The notes beneath the pieces were generated by a model. The model saw only the letters and a list, made by a program, of their open reading frames with translations. It ran no database searches and was not told the DNA's origin. The position numbers and the translations under genes were made by a program. This document shows positions 51,211 to 63,405 of a DNA stretch of 64,000 bases, in pieces; position 1 is the first letter of the stretch, and every line of letters begins with the position of its first letter. Source of the stretch: Octopus vulgaris. Lineage: Eukaryota. Location of the stretch: positions 4,774,001 to 4,838,000 of the forward strand of contig OX597836.1 in assembly GCA_951406725.2 (NCBI GenBank), read 5' to 3'.

Positions 51211-52770
51211 GCGGTGGTAGTTGTGGTGGTGGTGGTGGGATATTTTGGTATTTATACTGACCGTAAGATATGTATGGTTACATAATCAGTTTGTTAGACA
51301 GGCGGACTTCCAGAACCTAGATAGATTTGTCATATGTCATGCGTCGCCAAAGACTTCCTGACATTGATGCATGTGGCATGGTAGGTTCCTTACCTCTATG
51401 TTGGCTTCATCTTGTGCAATTTAATTAACGGTGTAATTAGTTGATTACTCTGCAGGACATCGACTACAAAATTCACATTTTTCTTTTCCCTCTTTGGCAA
51501 ATATTAAATGAAAGTTAGATCGCAGGTTTTAGCGCAGTTTATAGATTCATAGCAGACAAGTGATTGGGTATTGCCAGGTTATGGTTAGTTTTAAGGTCAT
51601 TTTAAGGACTGACAGGTCCTTTCCTACCTACGATCATTACTCACCGCTGCACGCCTCCATACAGGCTCTTGATCCGAACCATTCAAGAGAGCAGTTATAG
51701 AATTCTTCAGTATGTTTAGCAACATTTTCTAAGTAGAGGTTGTTGTCACATCGATGCCAAAACATTTCCATTTTTTTAATCTCTTTACAACAATCTGCAA
51801 ATCAGATGGCGTAATGTTTGAAAAGATCCCTTTTTAAATATATTTCCCCCCCAAAATTCTATTGTTACTACATTTTCCTTTTCAGCCGGTTATTTATTAT
51901 AGTTTTTATTACATTTTTTTTTTCGTGTTATTTAGATTCTCGATAAAAAAAAAAAAATGGTTTTCCGAAATGTGTTTAACGTTATTTCAGTTCTTATCTT
52001 ATCAAATTCTATGTTATTAACACTTATTGATCTATAAATTTTTGCGCATTGCTTTCAGCAGCGCATTTTTAAGAGTACCATAAAACCTGAATATTCTAGC
52101 GATTTAATGTATTATGTAAGCGGTTAATTTTCGGTTAAGCATTCGAGTGTTTGCCACAAAGCATTATCCTTGTACATATTGTGTTTGTTCGACACACAGT
52201 ACGTATATTTGCTAATGTTACTAGAATGGCTGTATATTGTCATTTGCGTTGTTTTACATGGTTCGCTGCGTAAAACCACTATTATATAATTCAATTTCCT
52301 TTTCCACTTGTCCATTCCGCGATGGTACCGTCCCTCTGTATTTTGTAAAGATACATTATTTATTTAATCCCGTGCAGTCCATTGTTGTGAATATCCAAGC
52401 GTGAAGGAAATAATTTAATTGGATAATAGAACTCGGGTATCATAATGTTGTGATTTGTTATTTTCAATTTGTTCAGAACTGCTAACGTCTATTAATCTAT
52501 GTTGGTCTTCAAGAGAGGATCCATTAAACACAGGACTTCAATTCATGGGAGCCACTTCAGCTTGTACAAAGTATTTTAGCAAACTGTTGACACACATGTC
52601 ACTGCCTTTAGTTTGGCTTAGTTGCAACAGAATGTGGCTGGAATCTCGCGGCATCTGAAGAGGGACCATAAAGCATACACGGAACGTAATAATGTCCATA
52701 CTATAAACATTACTGTTTCTATGTACATCCGTAAAAATAATGTTATTGTTATTATTATTATTATTATTAT

Positions 52771-53335
52771 TCTATGTTTGACTTTTGCTTTATATTTGTA
52801 CAAGTTGGCTCCAAGTCTCACCCAGAGACCTCAAGAGACAACAGGGTTGGAAGTTCATGTTGTTGTTATGCCTAGTGTGCCATATATTTGGGGGGTGGGG
52901 ATGTTGTACTAATGAATGTCTAAAAGAAAAAAAGGTTTTTTTTTTGTTTTTTGTTTTTTTAAACCGAAAATTATGTTTGTTTTAAACCTTGAGATTACAT
53001 AGAGAGTATTTTGCGTAGGATATGAGCAGTTCCCATGAGCACTATCTTTTGAACTTCTGCCATTTTTGGGTTTCCTGGTATCTGAGTTAGGTAGCTATCA
53101 GCCCCTTTGCTATCATTCCCAGGGCACCTATGACAACAGGTATTGTTTTAGTCTTCAGCTTCCACATTTTGCTGATTTCTATTTCAAGATCTTTATATTT
53201 GCTCAGTTTTTGGTAGGTCTTGACAGATACGTTTATATCGATTGGGACAGTCATATCAATGAGGAGGCATGTTCTTTGTTTGAAGTTTTTCAATATGATG
53301 TCTGGCCTATTTGCATCTATCTTCCTGTCAGTTTG

Positions 53336-53336
<1 letters not shown>
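52771..53336 (-). mobile_element. R4/Dong-type RLE retrotransposon, 5'-truncated
   Basis: QTDRKIDANRPDIILK...CLLIDMTVP...QKLSKYKDLEIEISKMW...VIGALG(fs)...VQKIVLMGTAHILRKILSM*; (TAA)n on both sides. Confidence 0.9.
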
Positions 53337-53392
<56 letters not shown>

Positions 53393-53396
53393 GTTG

Positions 53397-53433
<37 letters not shown>

Positions 53434-53746
53434 CATTATTATTATTATTATCATCATTATTATTATTATTATTATTATTAGTATTAATAGTAGTTGTAGT
53501 AGTGATAGTGGTGGTGGTGGTGGTGGCGGTAGTAGTAGTAGTAGTAGATATTGGTTTATGCTTATACAAGTTGATTCCTATTCTCACTAAGAGACCTAAA
53601 GACACAACAAGTTTGAAGTTCAAGTTGGTATTAAGTCTAGGGAGGTAAATAAATGCCAGGATTTGGGATTTTTACAAAGTTTTGTTCTACAGAATTATTA
53701 TTGTTATTATTATTATTATTATTATTAGAAAAGAAAAATAGAAACG

Positions 53747-53812
<66 letters not shown>

Positions 53813-53832
53813 GTTGTTGTTGTTGTTGTTGT

Positions 53833-54363
53833 TGAGTGAGTGACTGAGCAGTGCATGCAATCAAAGTGACACTGGGGTAAAATATACGAAGCCCAGTATA
53901 CCCATCACGACTACCCGTCTGATAAGGGTACACCAGGCACACGCATCACAGTCATATGTGCGCGACATGGTGATCTCATATCAGGATAAACAATGCATGA
54001 CCTTGCAGGTGAGGTCCCAGTTAGAATTTTCTTCTGGTCGAGTAACCCTTTCCGCTCAAAAGGTCCCTGAATAAGGGTTGTTTAAGGATGTTGAATAAAA
54101 CACCAATGTTTCCAGAAATGAGTAATTCAAACCCCAAAGAATCCCTCTCAACAAATGGCTATGATGCTCCCCCACTACTTCTACACGTGATAAGAGATGC
54201 ACTTGTTGTCAGCCACCAAAGAACATGCTCCAATGGTTATGGTCAAACAACTGACAACAAATCTGTGGTACTGAGCCGGATATTTGCTGTGGCCCATCTT
54301 TTATACCAAGAGAAATCATTGTACATGATGACACTTCCAATCAATCATTTGGTACAGAATCAG
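53833..54363 (-). mobile_element. Repeat 3' end anchored on (TAA/CAA)n (putative 3' UTR of another retrotransposon family)
   Basis: ATCAAAGTGACACTGGGGTAAAATATACGAAGCCCAGTATACCCATC recurs at 62850-62980 and degenerately at 59690-59763, always next to a TTA/TTG tract in the same orientation. Confidence 0.65.
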
Positions 54364-54399
54364 TAGATTTATTATTAGTATTTCTTTTTTTAAAACAGG

Positions 54400-54980
54400 T
54401 TTTGTTAGAGCACCTGCAGTCTTGCATGCGTAGCGAGCTTGCTACCTGAAGCCTACGGTACCATGCTATCCGTTCTTTTCAGTTATCTAATACTTTCCTG
54501 ATTATTCTGGCCATGCTAAGGTGGCAAAGTTTCCGTTACAATTCTACTAGGTACTCTATTTCAATTTTCTTTATATTCCTCCTGATACCTTTTGATACTG
54601 TTCCCAAGGACTTAATAATGATTGGCACTATCTTCACCTTCTTCATTTTCCATAGCTGGGCAATTTTGTACTTGAGGGGGTTGTATCTATCTATCTATCT
54701 TTTCGCATTCCTTCTTGATTATTCGCGGATCAAAGGGGTATATAACATCAAGTATATAGCACACGTGGTGCACCTTGACCAACACCAATAGGTCCGGCCT
54801 GTTATGCTCTAGCACCTGATCTGTTTGGATTGAGAAATGTCAGATGATTTTCCTTGTCTCCAACACCGCCACTCTCTGCGGTTTGTGCTCATACGACGCC
54901 TTGCTTCACTCTAGCGCCCTCTTTTCACACCATTTCTATTGTAACACTTTCACTACCTGACTGTGGTTGCGTTTTCACTA
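54400..54980 (-). mobile_element. R4/Dong-type RLE retrotransposon fragment
   Basis: YEHKPQRV...FSIQTDQVLEHNRPDLLVL...CYILDVIYPFD...LKYKIAQLWKMKKVKIVPIIIKSLGTV...ARIIRKVLDN*. Confidence 0.85.
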
Positions 54981-55247
54981 CCTGGTCGTGGAGACTGGAG
55001 GAGAAAGGGTAAATGTCACTTGATTTAGTGGTCATGGTGACCGTGGACTTTGTAGCGTTTCCACGAATAGCCCCCAGAGGTCTTCCCACTTTTAGCAATT
55101 ATACTCTGCTTGAATGGTTTGTCTTTTGTATGTGTTACATCACTTTTTACACACGTTAATGTAATCCCATAATGCATCGTCCTGTGCCGTCTCAAATGCT
55201 TTACCAGCCTGCAGTGGTCATTTAGCAGCATGCTATTGTTGTTGTTG

Positions 55248-55300
<53 letters not shown>

Positions 55301-55927
55301 ATCATTATCATTATTTTTATTATTATTGAACCTGCAAATACATTGTGGCAGTGATTTTTAACACCCTCGATTTCGAAGTTGGCCAGAGTATGTTCTCCAT
55401 TCTTATACATTTTGATATTGACTTCGTGGTTCAATATTCCATTCTACGACATCTATTATTGAGAATATTTAGTTCTAATAGCAAATCATTGACCGCTTGG
55501 AGTTCGAGCAATTATCTTCTCTTAAATATAGCTTCGAACAGCTTTTATATTGTCCACCTTGTCCCTGTCTGTTTGTCACTCGATAATTTTGCTGCTGTGT
55601 TCGTTCATTTAATCATTGCGTTTCTTCAGGGGAAAATGGTTATCGTTTGCAAGGATAATCATCGCCAGAGTTGCTTCGAGGATTATTAGTTATAAATTGC
55701 ATTCGACTAAGAAATAATACTGCATCCAATAAATTATGTAAAACGTTCATGTTGAAGGTATATCGTTAAATTCTCGATTTGAAGGTGTGACAATGACAAC
55801 GAGCAGGCAGGAAGATTCTCCTATTACGACACCTTTTGTGCGTATTGTGTTGTATGTGGTCCTTTTTATATTGTCCTCCGTTTCTTCAGCAATTATGCTC
55901 AGTATAAGAAATTATTATTATTATTAT

Positions 55928-56080
55928 TCAATAGTTTTATTTTTATAGCGTGCTTTCACTTCACTACCGAGCGCGGCTCTGTGTGCCTTGGGTATGTGCT
56001 GTGATTTGTTGTGATGCTCTGATGGTTATTGTATGGAAAGTGTTCTGCCTAGGATGTGTGCAGTGCCTAGTAGTGCAATT
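55928..56080 (-). mobile_element. R4/Dong-type 3' end (same subfamily as 47610-48158)
   Basis: Near-identical to 47620-47768; flanked by TTA tracts. Confidence 0.88.
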
Positions 56081-56110
56081 TTATTATTATTATTATTATC
56101 ATTATTATTA

Positions 56111-56172
<62 letters not shown>

Positions 56173-56174
<2 letters not shown>

Positions 56175-56655
56175 GAGTTTGACTTTTGCTTTGTATTTGT
56201 AAAATTGACTCCCAGTCTCACACAGTGACATCAAGAGACAACAAGTTAGAAGTTCATGTTGGTGTTATGCCTAGGGTGTCATATATTTAGTTTTGTACAT
56301 AGTGTTGTTCAAGAGAATGTTTAAGAAAACATAAGAAAATTATGAATTTATTTTCAAAATTTGAGATTACATAGAAAGTATTTTAAGTAGGATACGGGCA
56401 GTTCTATGAGCACTATCTTTTCAATTTATTCCATTTGGGGGTTTCTTGGTATGTGAGCTAGGTAGCAATCAGCCCCTTTTGCTACCATTCCTAGGGCACC
56501 GATGATAACAGGTATTGTTTTAGTCTTGAAGTTCCACATTTTGCCAATTACTATTTCAAGATCTTTATATTTGCTCATTTTTTGGGAGGTCTTGAAAAAT
56601 ACATTTATGTCGATTGCGATAGTCATTTCAATGAGGAGGCATGATTTTTGTCTGA
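56173..56655 (-). mobile_element. R4/Dong-type RLE fragment (same subfamily as 52771-53336)
   Basis: CLLIEMTIAIDINVFFKTSQKMSKYKDLEIVIGKMW...VIIGALG plus the matching 3' UTR. Confidence 0.88.
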
Positions 56656-57398
56656 AAGAAACTAGAAAAGGATTATGGTAATTAGCCAGAAAGAGGAAGT
56701 AAAAGGAGATAAAAATGACGATATTAAAAAAAAAAGACAATAAAAAGACAGTAGTTCCTCTGGAAGTGTTTGCCGACATCGAGGTGTTTAGAACTCAAGA
56801 TCGCATCTGTTGGAAGAGGGATCCAGAGAAAGACGCCGAATGAGCCGAATTAGAATGTAATTGAATGCAAAGCAGATGTAGGAGTTTGGGAAAATTAATA
56901 GAAGACAAAAACGACTGATTCCGTGAAAAAAATATGACCTGGTTCGTATATAAAGGTAGCAAAACCAGTCATCACAGTCATCGCAGGTGTGTGAGAAGCT
57001 TCATGTCCCATAGATGCTCATAGACATTCAAAGACAAATCCGGAAGAGTTTATTTGCAGAAAGCAAACAGAATTGCGTGGTGTCTAAATCCTGCCGAAAT
57101 GATGGCTTGCACTACAATGCGGGTGGATTGCTTTCATTGGAATCGGTTTGTGAACTAAAATTTTAACCAGACCCAACAGGTTCTATTTCGTTTCAGCCCG
57201 AACCCATTTGGCAGAAATGAATCAAAACAGGTTTTGCAAACATCTTTTCGTTTGATAGTTTGCATTGCATGGCTTTGCTCTTTTCAATAATGAAGATATA
57301 TTTTTATTGTTTACATTTTGTAACCATTTGTATTCTATGTACCATAATGTACCCTTGTGGCAAATAAAAGATTTGTTTTATTATTATTATTATTATTA

Positions 57399-57488
<90 letters not shown>

Positions 57489-57491
<3 letters not shown>

Positions 57492-57710
57492 GTTTGACTT
57501 TTGCTTTCTATTTGTACAAATTGACTTCAAGTCTCACCCAGAAAACCACAAGAGACAACAAATTAAAAGTTGAAGTTTTAGCACATGTTTTCATATGCTT
57601 AGCTTTCTCTGTGTTTGTTTCCACTACGGCTAATTTTGGGATTTGTTGTATCTGGAATTCACTTAGATGTTTCTTTGCCGAGGACCAACTAGAGAAACAA
57701 AAATAAGTAG
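57489..57710 (-). mobile_element. R4/Dong-type remnant: 3' UTR joined to an internal ORF piece
   Basis: 3' UTR matches 52775-52860; 57575-57700 matches 47520-47594. Confidence 0.7.
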
Positions 57711-58079
57711 GAAAGTGAAGAGAAAGTAAAAAATGAAATAAGAATTCTTTCGTGTGAAACACTTGCAGATTTCGCCACAACTTTCTCACAATCTTTCTTC
57801 CTACTTCTGCCACAAAGCAGAGGAACCATAGTGTAACCCACTAGGGTGTGGTAAACTTTCAGACCCTAGTCTAGATTGCGAATCCTCTGTACCCCGGGAT
57901 GGTTCAGCTCTCCACCCGTTAAAAGCCACCATTTACAGAATGAGGATAACAACGTAGCTTTCGCACCCGTGCAACTGCCAGTCTAGTTCAAGTTGCCACA
58001 CGCATTCTAAGTAGCTTAGAGTAGGCTCGAATTAGAGATTATTCTTTGTGGCTAATAACGTGAGTCCTGATGGGAAGAA

Positions 58080-58975
58080 GAAGAAGACAACAGCAAAAAA
58101 ACAAACAAACAAGCAACTCACCAACAGCTATGCATTCCACACACCAAACAGTAACAAAAACAACAGCATGAGTACCCCTCAAAACAACAACGACAATCTT
58201 ACCAACAAAGCGTAAAGAAAAGCCCCACAAGATTAGCCTATACCCTCTCCGGAATACTCAGACATGTCCAGTGTGGAGGAGGAGAAAGAAGGACCTCAAT
58301 GACTACAAGTAGCCCGAAAAAGGAACAAAATTTCACCAACTTAAACACAAAAATCTGGCATGTATGATGACATTGAGCAGACACATAACAAAATAAACAC
58401 ACAAACACCTTCTCCGTTAGCAACCGCACCACCACCATCAACAACAGCAACATCACTGTCAGCGCCGTCGACATCACCACAAGCACAACTCAGTTGACAC
58501 GCACAACGTCCAGCCCGCACAACCTGACACCATCAACTACACAGCAATAAACACAAACAATAAAGAATTAATGGCACACATATACAACCATACAGACGTC
58601 ACAAACATCAATTTCATCACACCATCAAACACCACACATAAATATCCTGTAACATCACAAATCACATATAACAAAATATCCCGAAGGGGTTTGGGGGCCT
58701 TCACGAAAGATATCAACAAAAGACTCTACAACGAACTGCTTGGGAAAACAGGCAAAAATAACCATACTCTTTTACTCTTTTACTTGTTTCAGTCATTTGA
58801 CTGCGGCCATGGTGGAGCACCGCCTTTAGTCGAGTAAATCTACCCCGGGACTTATTCTTTGTAAGCCCAGTACTTATTCTATCGGTCTCTTTTGCCGAAC
58901 TGCTAAGTGACGGGGACGTAAACACAACAGCATCGGTTGTCAAGCAATGCTAGGGGGACAAACACAGACACACAA

Positions 58976-59064
<89 letters not shown>

Positions 59065-59432
59065 CATATATACGACGGGCTTCTTTCAGTTTCCGTCTAA
59101 CAAATCCACTCACAAGGCATTGGTCGGCCTGAGGCTATAGTAGAAGACACTTGCCCAAGATGCCACGCAGTGGGACTGAACCCGGAACCATGTGGTTGGT
59201 TAGCAAGCTACTTACCACACAGCCACTCCTGCGCCATGGTGACAGAATAACCGTCCCCACCTGCCCAACAAAATCACAGCAAGTAGCCTTTAGCGCATCT
59301 ATATCTCCATCCTACATGGTCTCGCTCACAAATGGCAATATAAACGCACGCTGGCCTGGAGTCGCTTTGGAAACAGGGTCATCTACTCAACGACCCCAGG
59401 TGACTAAATATCGATGTGGAGGCAATCACTGA
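58080..59432 (+). pseudogene. Degraded LINE ORF1-like coding relic interrupted by a SINE
   Basis: A/C-rich strand with *LQVARKRNKISP (W..V.RKR-like). Frame 58571-58765 continues in frame at 59238-59432 once the SINE is removed. Confidence 0.35.
58766..59235 (-). mobile_element. SINE family C, full length and young
   Basis: Complete GGCGCAGGAGTGGCTGTGTGG head to (TAAAAGAG)n tail; only AT/CAT duplicated at the junctions. Confidence 0.93.
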
Positions 59433-59786
59433 AACTAGGGGCTCCGACCACTGACAGTTCATGCCCATTTTCAGTGGATACTAGATCTAGTTATCTCCAT
59501 GCCAGTCGCTAACTAAACTTTCATGCTAAGAACCCTCCAAAGTATCCTAGCTCTCCCTAATAACACTGTTTTCTGAAGCTGTACTAAACTGGGTTTTATG
59601 CATGTTTCCTCTATCCACTTCTTCAGGTCTTTAAGGAAAGTTCCCAATGCATCTATAACTAATTATTTACTATTATCTTTATTATTGATTTGATAGAGCA
59701 CCACCATAAATGAAGCTGGGTAAAAGTATACTAAGCCCAGTATAACCATCGTAACTACCTGTCTTCTTCTTCTTCTTCTTCTTCTT

Positions 59787-59817
<31 letters not shown>

Positions 59818-59861
59818 TCCTCATTATTATTACTATTATTATTATTATTTTTTTTTTTTAA

Positions 59862-60070
59862 GACAGCGAGCTTGCACAATCGTTAGCACGCTGGACGAAA
59901 TGCTTAGCAGTATTTCGCCGGTCGCTACGCTCTAAGTTCAAATTCCGCCGAGGTCTCGACTTTACCGTTCACCCTTAGATTAAACAAGCACCAGTTACAT
60001 ACTGGGGTCGATGTAATCGACTTAAACCCTTCCCACAAATATGAGGCCTTGTGCTTCCAGTAGAAAAGAA
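59862..60070 (+). mobile_element. SINE family D, older tail variant
   Basis: CAGCGAGCTTGCACAATCGTTAGCACG...AAGTTCAAATTCCGCCGAGG...CTGGGGTCGATGTAATCGACT...GGCCTTGTGC. Confidence 0.8.
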
Positions 60071-61084
60071 TATTATTATTATTAGTAGTAGTATTAGTAT
60101 TATCATCATCATTATTAATATTATAGTATTTGAGATACTTTAATAAGTAAAACGGCAGGAGATTCTTCTGGTTTTGAATCATTTTTAGCTAGGAATCTTC
60201 TGGAATTCGTTACATCGAGAATGACTCACACCCAGAAAGATATAAAGTCTGTTATTTTTAAACATAATTAAAAATATTGTTTTTTTTTCTTTTTACATCC
60301 TAATCAAGATGGTTCTCTTTAGAGAAACGCCCAAAGATAAATTTGAAATAACTCTAACTAAACAGAGAATAAACACAATTCGTGCAATTACTCAGCAAGA
60401 CTCATGCATTGTAGAAGAATACTTTGACATTTAAACAGCTTAAATAGACATTTGAAATATTTGCATCGGTGTGATTAACGCACCAACAAAATACAAATTT
60501 TGGCGAACGAAGAAATAGGCAAAGTTTTATTGGCGAAAGTTGTTTTGAGCAATACAAGAGAGGATAGCAGAAAGGATCAAAATAAATGACCACTAGGTGT
60601 TCATAGCAGAATATTTGACCAAGGTGGACTTATCTTTGCCTGAATTATTAATTTAAGAACGAACAAGGAGGATATTGACATATACACGCATTTCTAAAAC
60701 TTAAATATTTTCTTTATGCTTTACCCGTAATAATTAATATAATAACATTGGTCAGGAACTGGTGTTACATCTTCGTATCTCCTCCATCCGTGATGGCAGA
60801 GTTATGGCACCTTATGATGGGTTTTTCGAAACGATAAAAATACTGGAAAGTAGGCCTAGATAGTGTATTATGTTCGTGCTGCAATGCGTGATACGATGCA
60901 GCTCGTGTGTCAGGGAATAGAATATTGGTTATAACGATAAAGCTTGGTTTCATTTCATATAACTGACATAGTACAAACAGGCGGTAAATACCAAAGTGAT
61001 AAGAATCGACACAGAATAAGCCGGGCGTTTGCTTGGATGTCCCAATTCTTTTGATTCCAAAAGATAACAAACGCACAAATCTAT

Positions 61085-61203
61085 ACTTATGGTCGGCCGG
61101 AGGCTATACTGGAAGACACTTGCTCAAGATGTCACGGCGTGGGACTGAACCGAGAACCATGTGGTTAGGAAGCAAGCTTCTTGCCGCATAGCCGCGCCTG
61201 CGC
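61085..61203 (-). mobile_element. SINE family C head fragment
   Basis: GAAGACACTTGCTCAAG...GGGACTGAACCGAGAACCATGTGG. Confidence 0.75.
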
Positions 61204-61469
61204 GTCACTTCCTTCTTCACGCAGCCCAGAAATACATTTTTATTCTGCAACTCACCCAGCCACCCGTCATTATGGTCAACAACACTACGACTGGCAACAC
61301 AAGGTAGGAACTGGAATCTTATGTCCGGAGTGTTCTTGATTATAACGCCGACCGTTCCATTACAGTCGATGTCTGGAAATATGGGATGGTCAAAGATGGA
61401 ATATATTCGATCATAGACAAACTCGGTCGTGATTAGTAGTGAGAATTTACAAAAAAAAAAAAAAAAAAA

Positions 61470-61630
61470 GACGAAGACGGGTGTGTAAACAACAAACAGA
61501 TGTATTTAACCCTCAGGTAGTGAGAAAGTTTTTTTTATGTTTCGAGCTCTTCGACAGAGAGGAACACAAACATAAACGGGGAGAGAAAATAGAAAAAGTT
61601 ATAGTGGCTAGCGATCTATGATGGTGAAAT
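61470..61630 (-). mobile_element. Penelope-like pseudo-LTR fragment with a collapsed minimal hammerhead motif
   Basis: Minus strand CTGTCGA-A-GAG-CTC-GAAACATA (61557-61536), same layout as 37042-37068. Confidence 0.4.
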
Positions 61631-62271
61631 GATTAGTAGAGGGTTAATCAGTATGAAAAGCAACAGCAACTACAACAGCAACAATAACAAGAAGACAACG
61701 GAAATAACAAATTGCAAAAGAATAAAAAGAAAACAAAACGAAGAGAAAATTACAGACAAATTTCCAGAACAGTCTCAGGTATTTTTGTTTCTTTTGCCAT
61801 TTCCTTCATCGTGTTTATGTTTTCTTTCAATAGCTTTAGATAATTGTAAGAATATAATTCCAGGTGTAGCAATTTGCAAATGGAATCGTGTACGCAAGTG
61901 TCTTTTCTTCTTTTGGTTATATTCTTTCTTTCTCCGCAAGACATTGATTTTAATGAAAATCACCAATCCTTGTAGAAAATCATCACTCTCTCAGCACGAT
62001 TCAACACAGTGTTTACGTCACCCGCTATTACAAAATCAATTGTGAAAACAATATTATCGGTTTTTATTTCTTGAGGATAATTGTCTGGATTTGTGTTGTA
62101 AAGCTGTAACATGCAAATATTCCGCAGAGTAAATAGCCACGTATAGACTTTGTGCTATCATTTTCTAAACCAAAAGACATTCGTTCAATAACACACTGCA
62201 GGAAGGTATACACCAGGTCGATATTTAGTTGTTATTCGATATGATTTTGACTATTATTATTATTATTATTA

Positions 62272-62620
62272 TTCTATGTTTGACTTTTGCTTTATATTTG
62301 TACAAGTTGGCTTCAAGTCTTACCCAGAGACCTCAAGAGACAACAGGTTGGAAGTTCTTGTTGTTGTTATACCTAGTGTGCCATATATTTGTTGTTTTTT
62401 TTGGTGTTGTACTAGTGAATGTCTAAAAAAAAACATACGAAAATTATGTTTGTTTTAAAACTTGAGATTACATAGAAAGTATTTTGCGTAGGATATGAGC
62501 AGTTCCCATGAGCACTATCTTTTGAATTTCTGACATTTTCTGGTATCTGAGTTAGGTAGCAATCAGCCCCTTTTGCTATCATTCCCAGGGCACCTATGAC
62601 AACAGGTATTGTTTTAGTCT
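62272..62620 (-). mobile_element. R4/Dong-type 3' fragment (same subfamily as 52771-53336)
   Basis: KTKTIPVVIGALGMIAKGADCYLTQIP plus a near-identical 3' UTR; flanked by (TAA)n. Confidence 0.9.
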
Positions 62621-62640
62621 TTTTATTATTATTATTATTA

Positions 62641-62698
<58 letters not shown>

Positions 62699-62708
62699 CA
62701 TCATTATT

Positions 62709-62778
<70 letters not shown>

Positions 62779-62787
62779 CCATCATCA

Positions 62788-62849
<62 letters not shown>

Positions 62850-62980
62850 GAGTGAGAGAGTAGTACACGCCATCAAAGTGACACTGGGGTAAAATATACG
62901 AAACCCAGTATACCCATCATGACTACCCGTCTGATAAGGGTACATTAGGCACATGCATCACAACTACGCGTGCGCATGAC
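62850..62980 (-). mobile_element. (TAA)n-anchored repeat 3' end (same family as 53833-54363)
   Basis: Direct sequence match to about 53835-53960. Confidence 0.75.
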
Positions 62981-63139
62981 CTTCAGCAACATTTCTTTCG
63001 ACTTAACTTACCATGTTCAAATTCCACCAACGTCGACTTTGCCTTATGTCCATTCACGTTGGATAAAATCAGTACCAGTCAGTAACTCGGGTCAATGTAA
63101 TCGACTTACCGATAAGCCTTGTAATAATTATATTGCTGT

Positions 63140-63203
63140 CTTTAGCCGAACTACTGATTTAAGGGAATGTAAACACACAAACACCGGTTTTGTAAGACAG
63201 ACA

Positions 63204-63246
<43 letters not shown>

Positions 63247-63405
63247 GATGGGCTTCTTTCAGTTTCCGCCTTCCAAATCCACTCTCATGGCCTTGGTCGA
63301 CCTTGGGCCAGAGTACATGAGACTTGTACAAGTTTCCATGCAGTGGGACTGAACCCGGAACCCTGTGGTGTCGGAAGGAAACTCTTTATCATACAGCCAC
63401 GCCTC
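63140..63405 (-). mobile_element. SINE family C, partial
   Basis: GGGCTTCTTTCAGTTTCCGCC...CAGTGGGACTGAACCCGGAACC. Confidence 0.8.

Noticed and set aside
52650-52695. CTGAAGA...GGAACGTA
   Set aside because: Lacks GAAA and a credible stem II.
59595-59630. Minus-strand CTGAAGA...GAAACATG
   Set aside because: The intervening sequence cannot form stem II.
60765-61076. 103-aa minus ORF with NILFPD, faintly like a Tc1/mariner catalytic segment
   Set aside because: Similarity too weak to call without a profile search.
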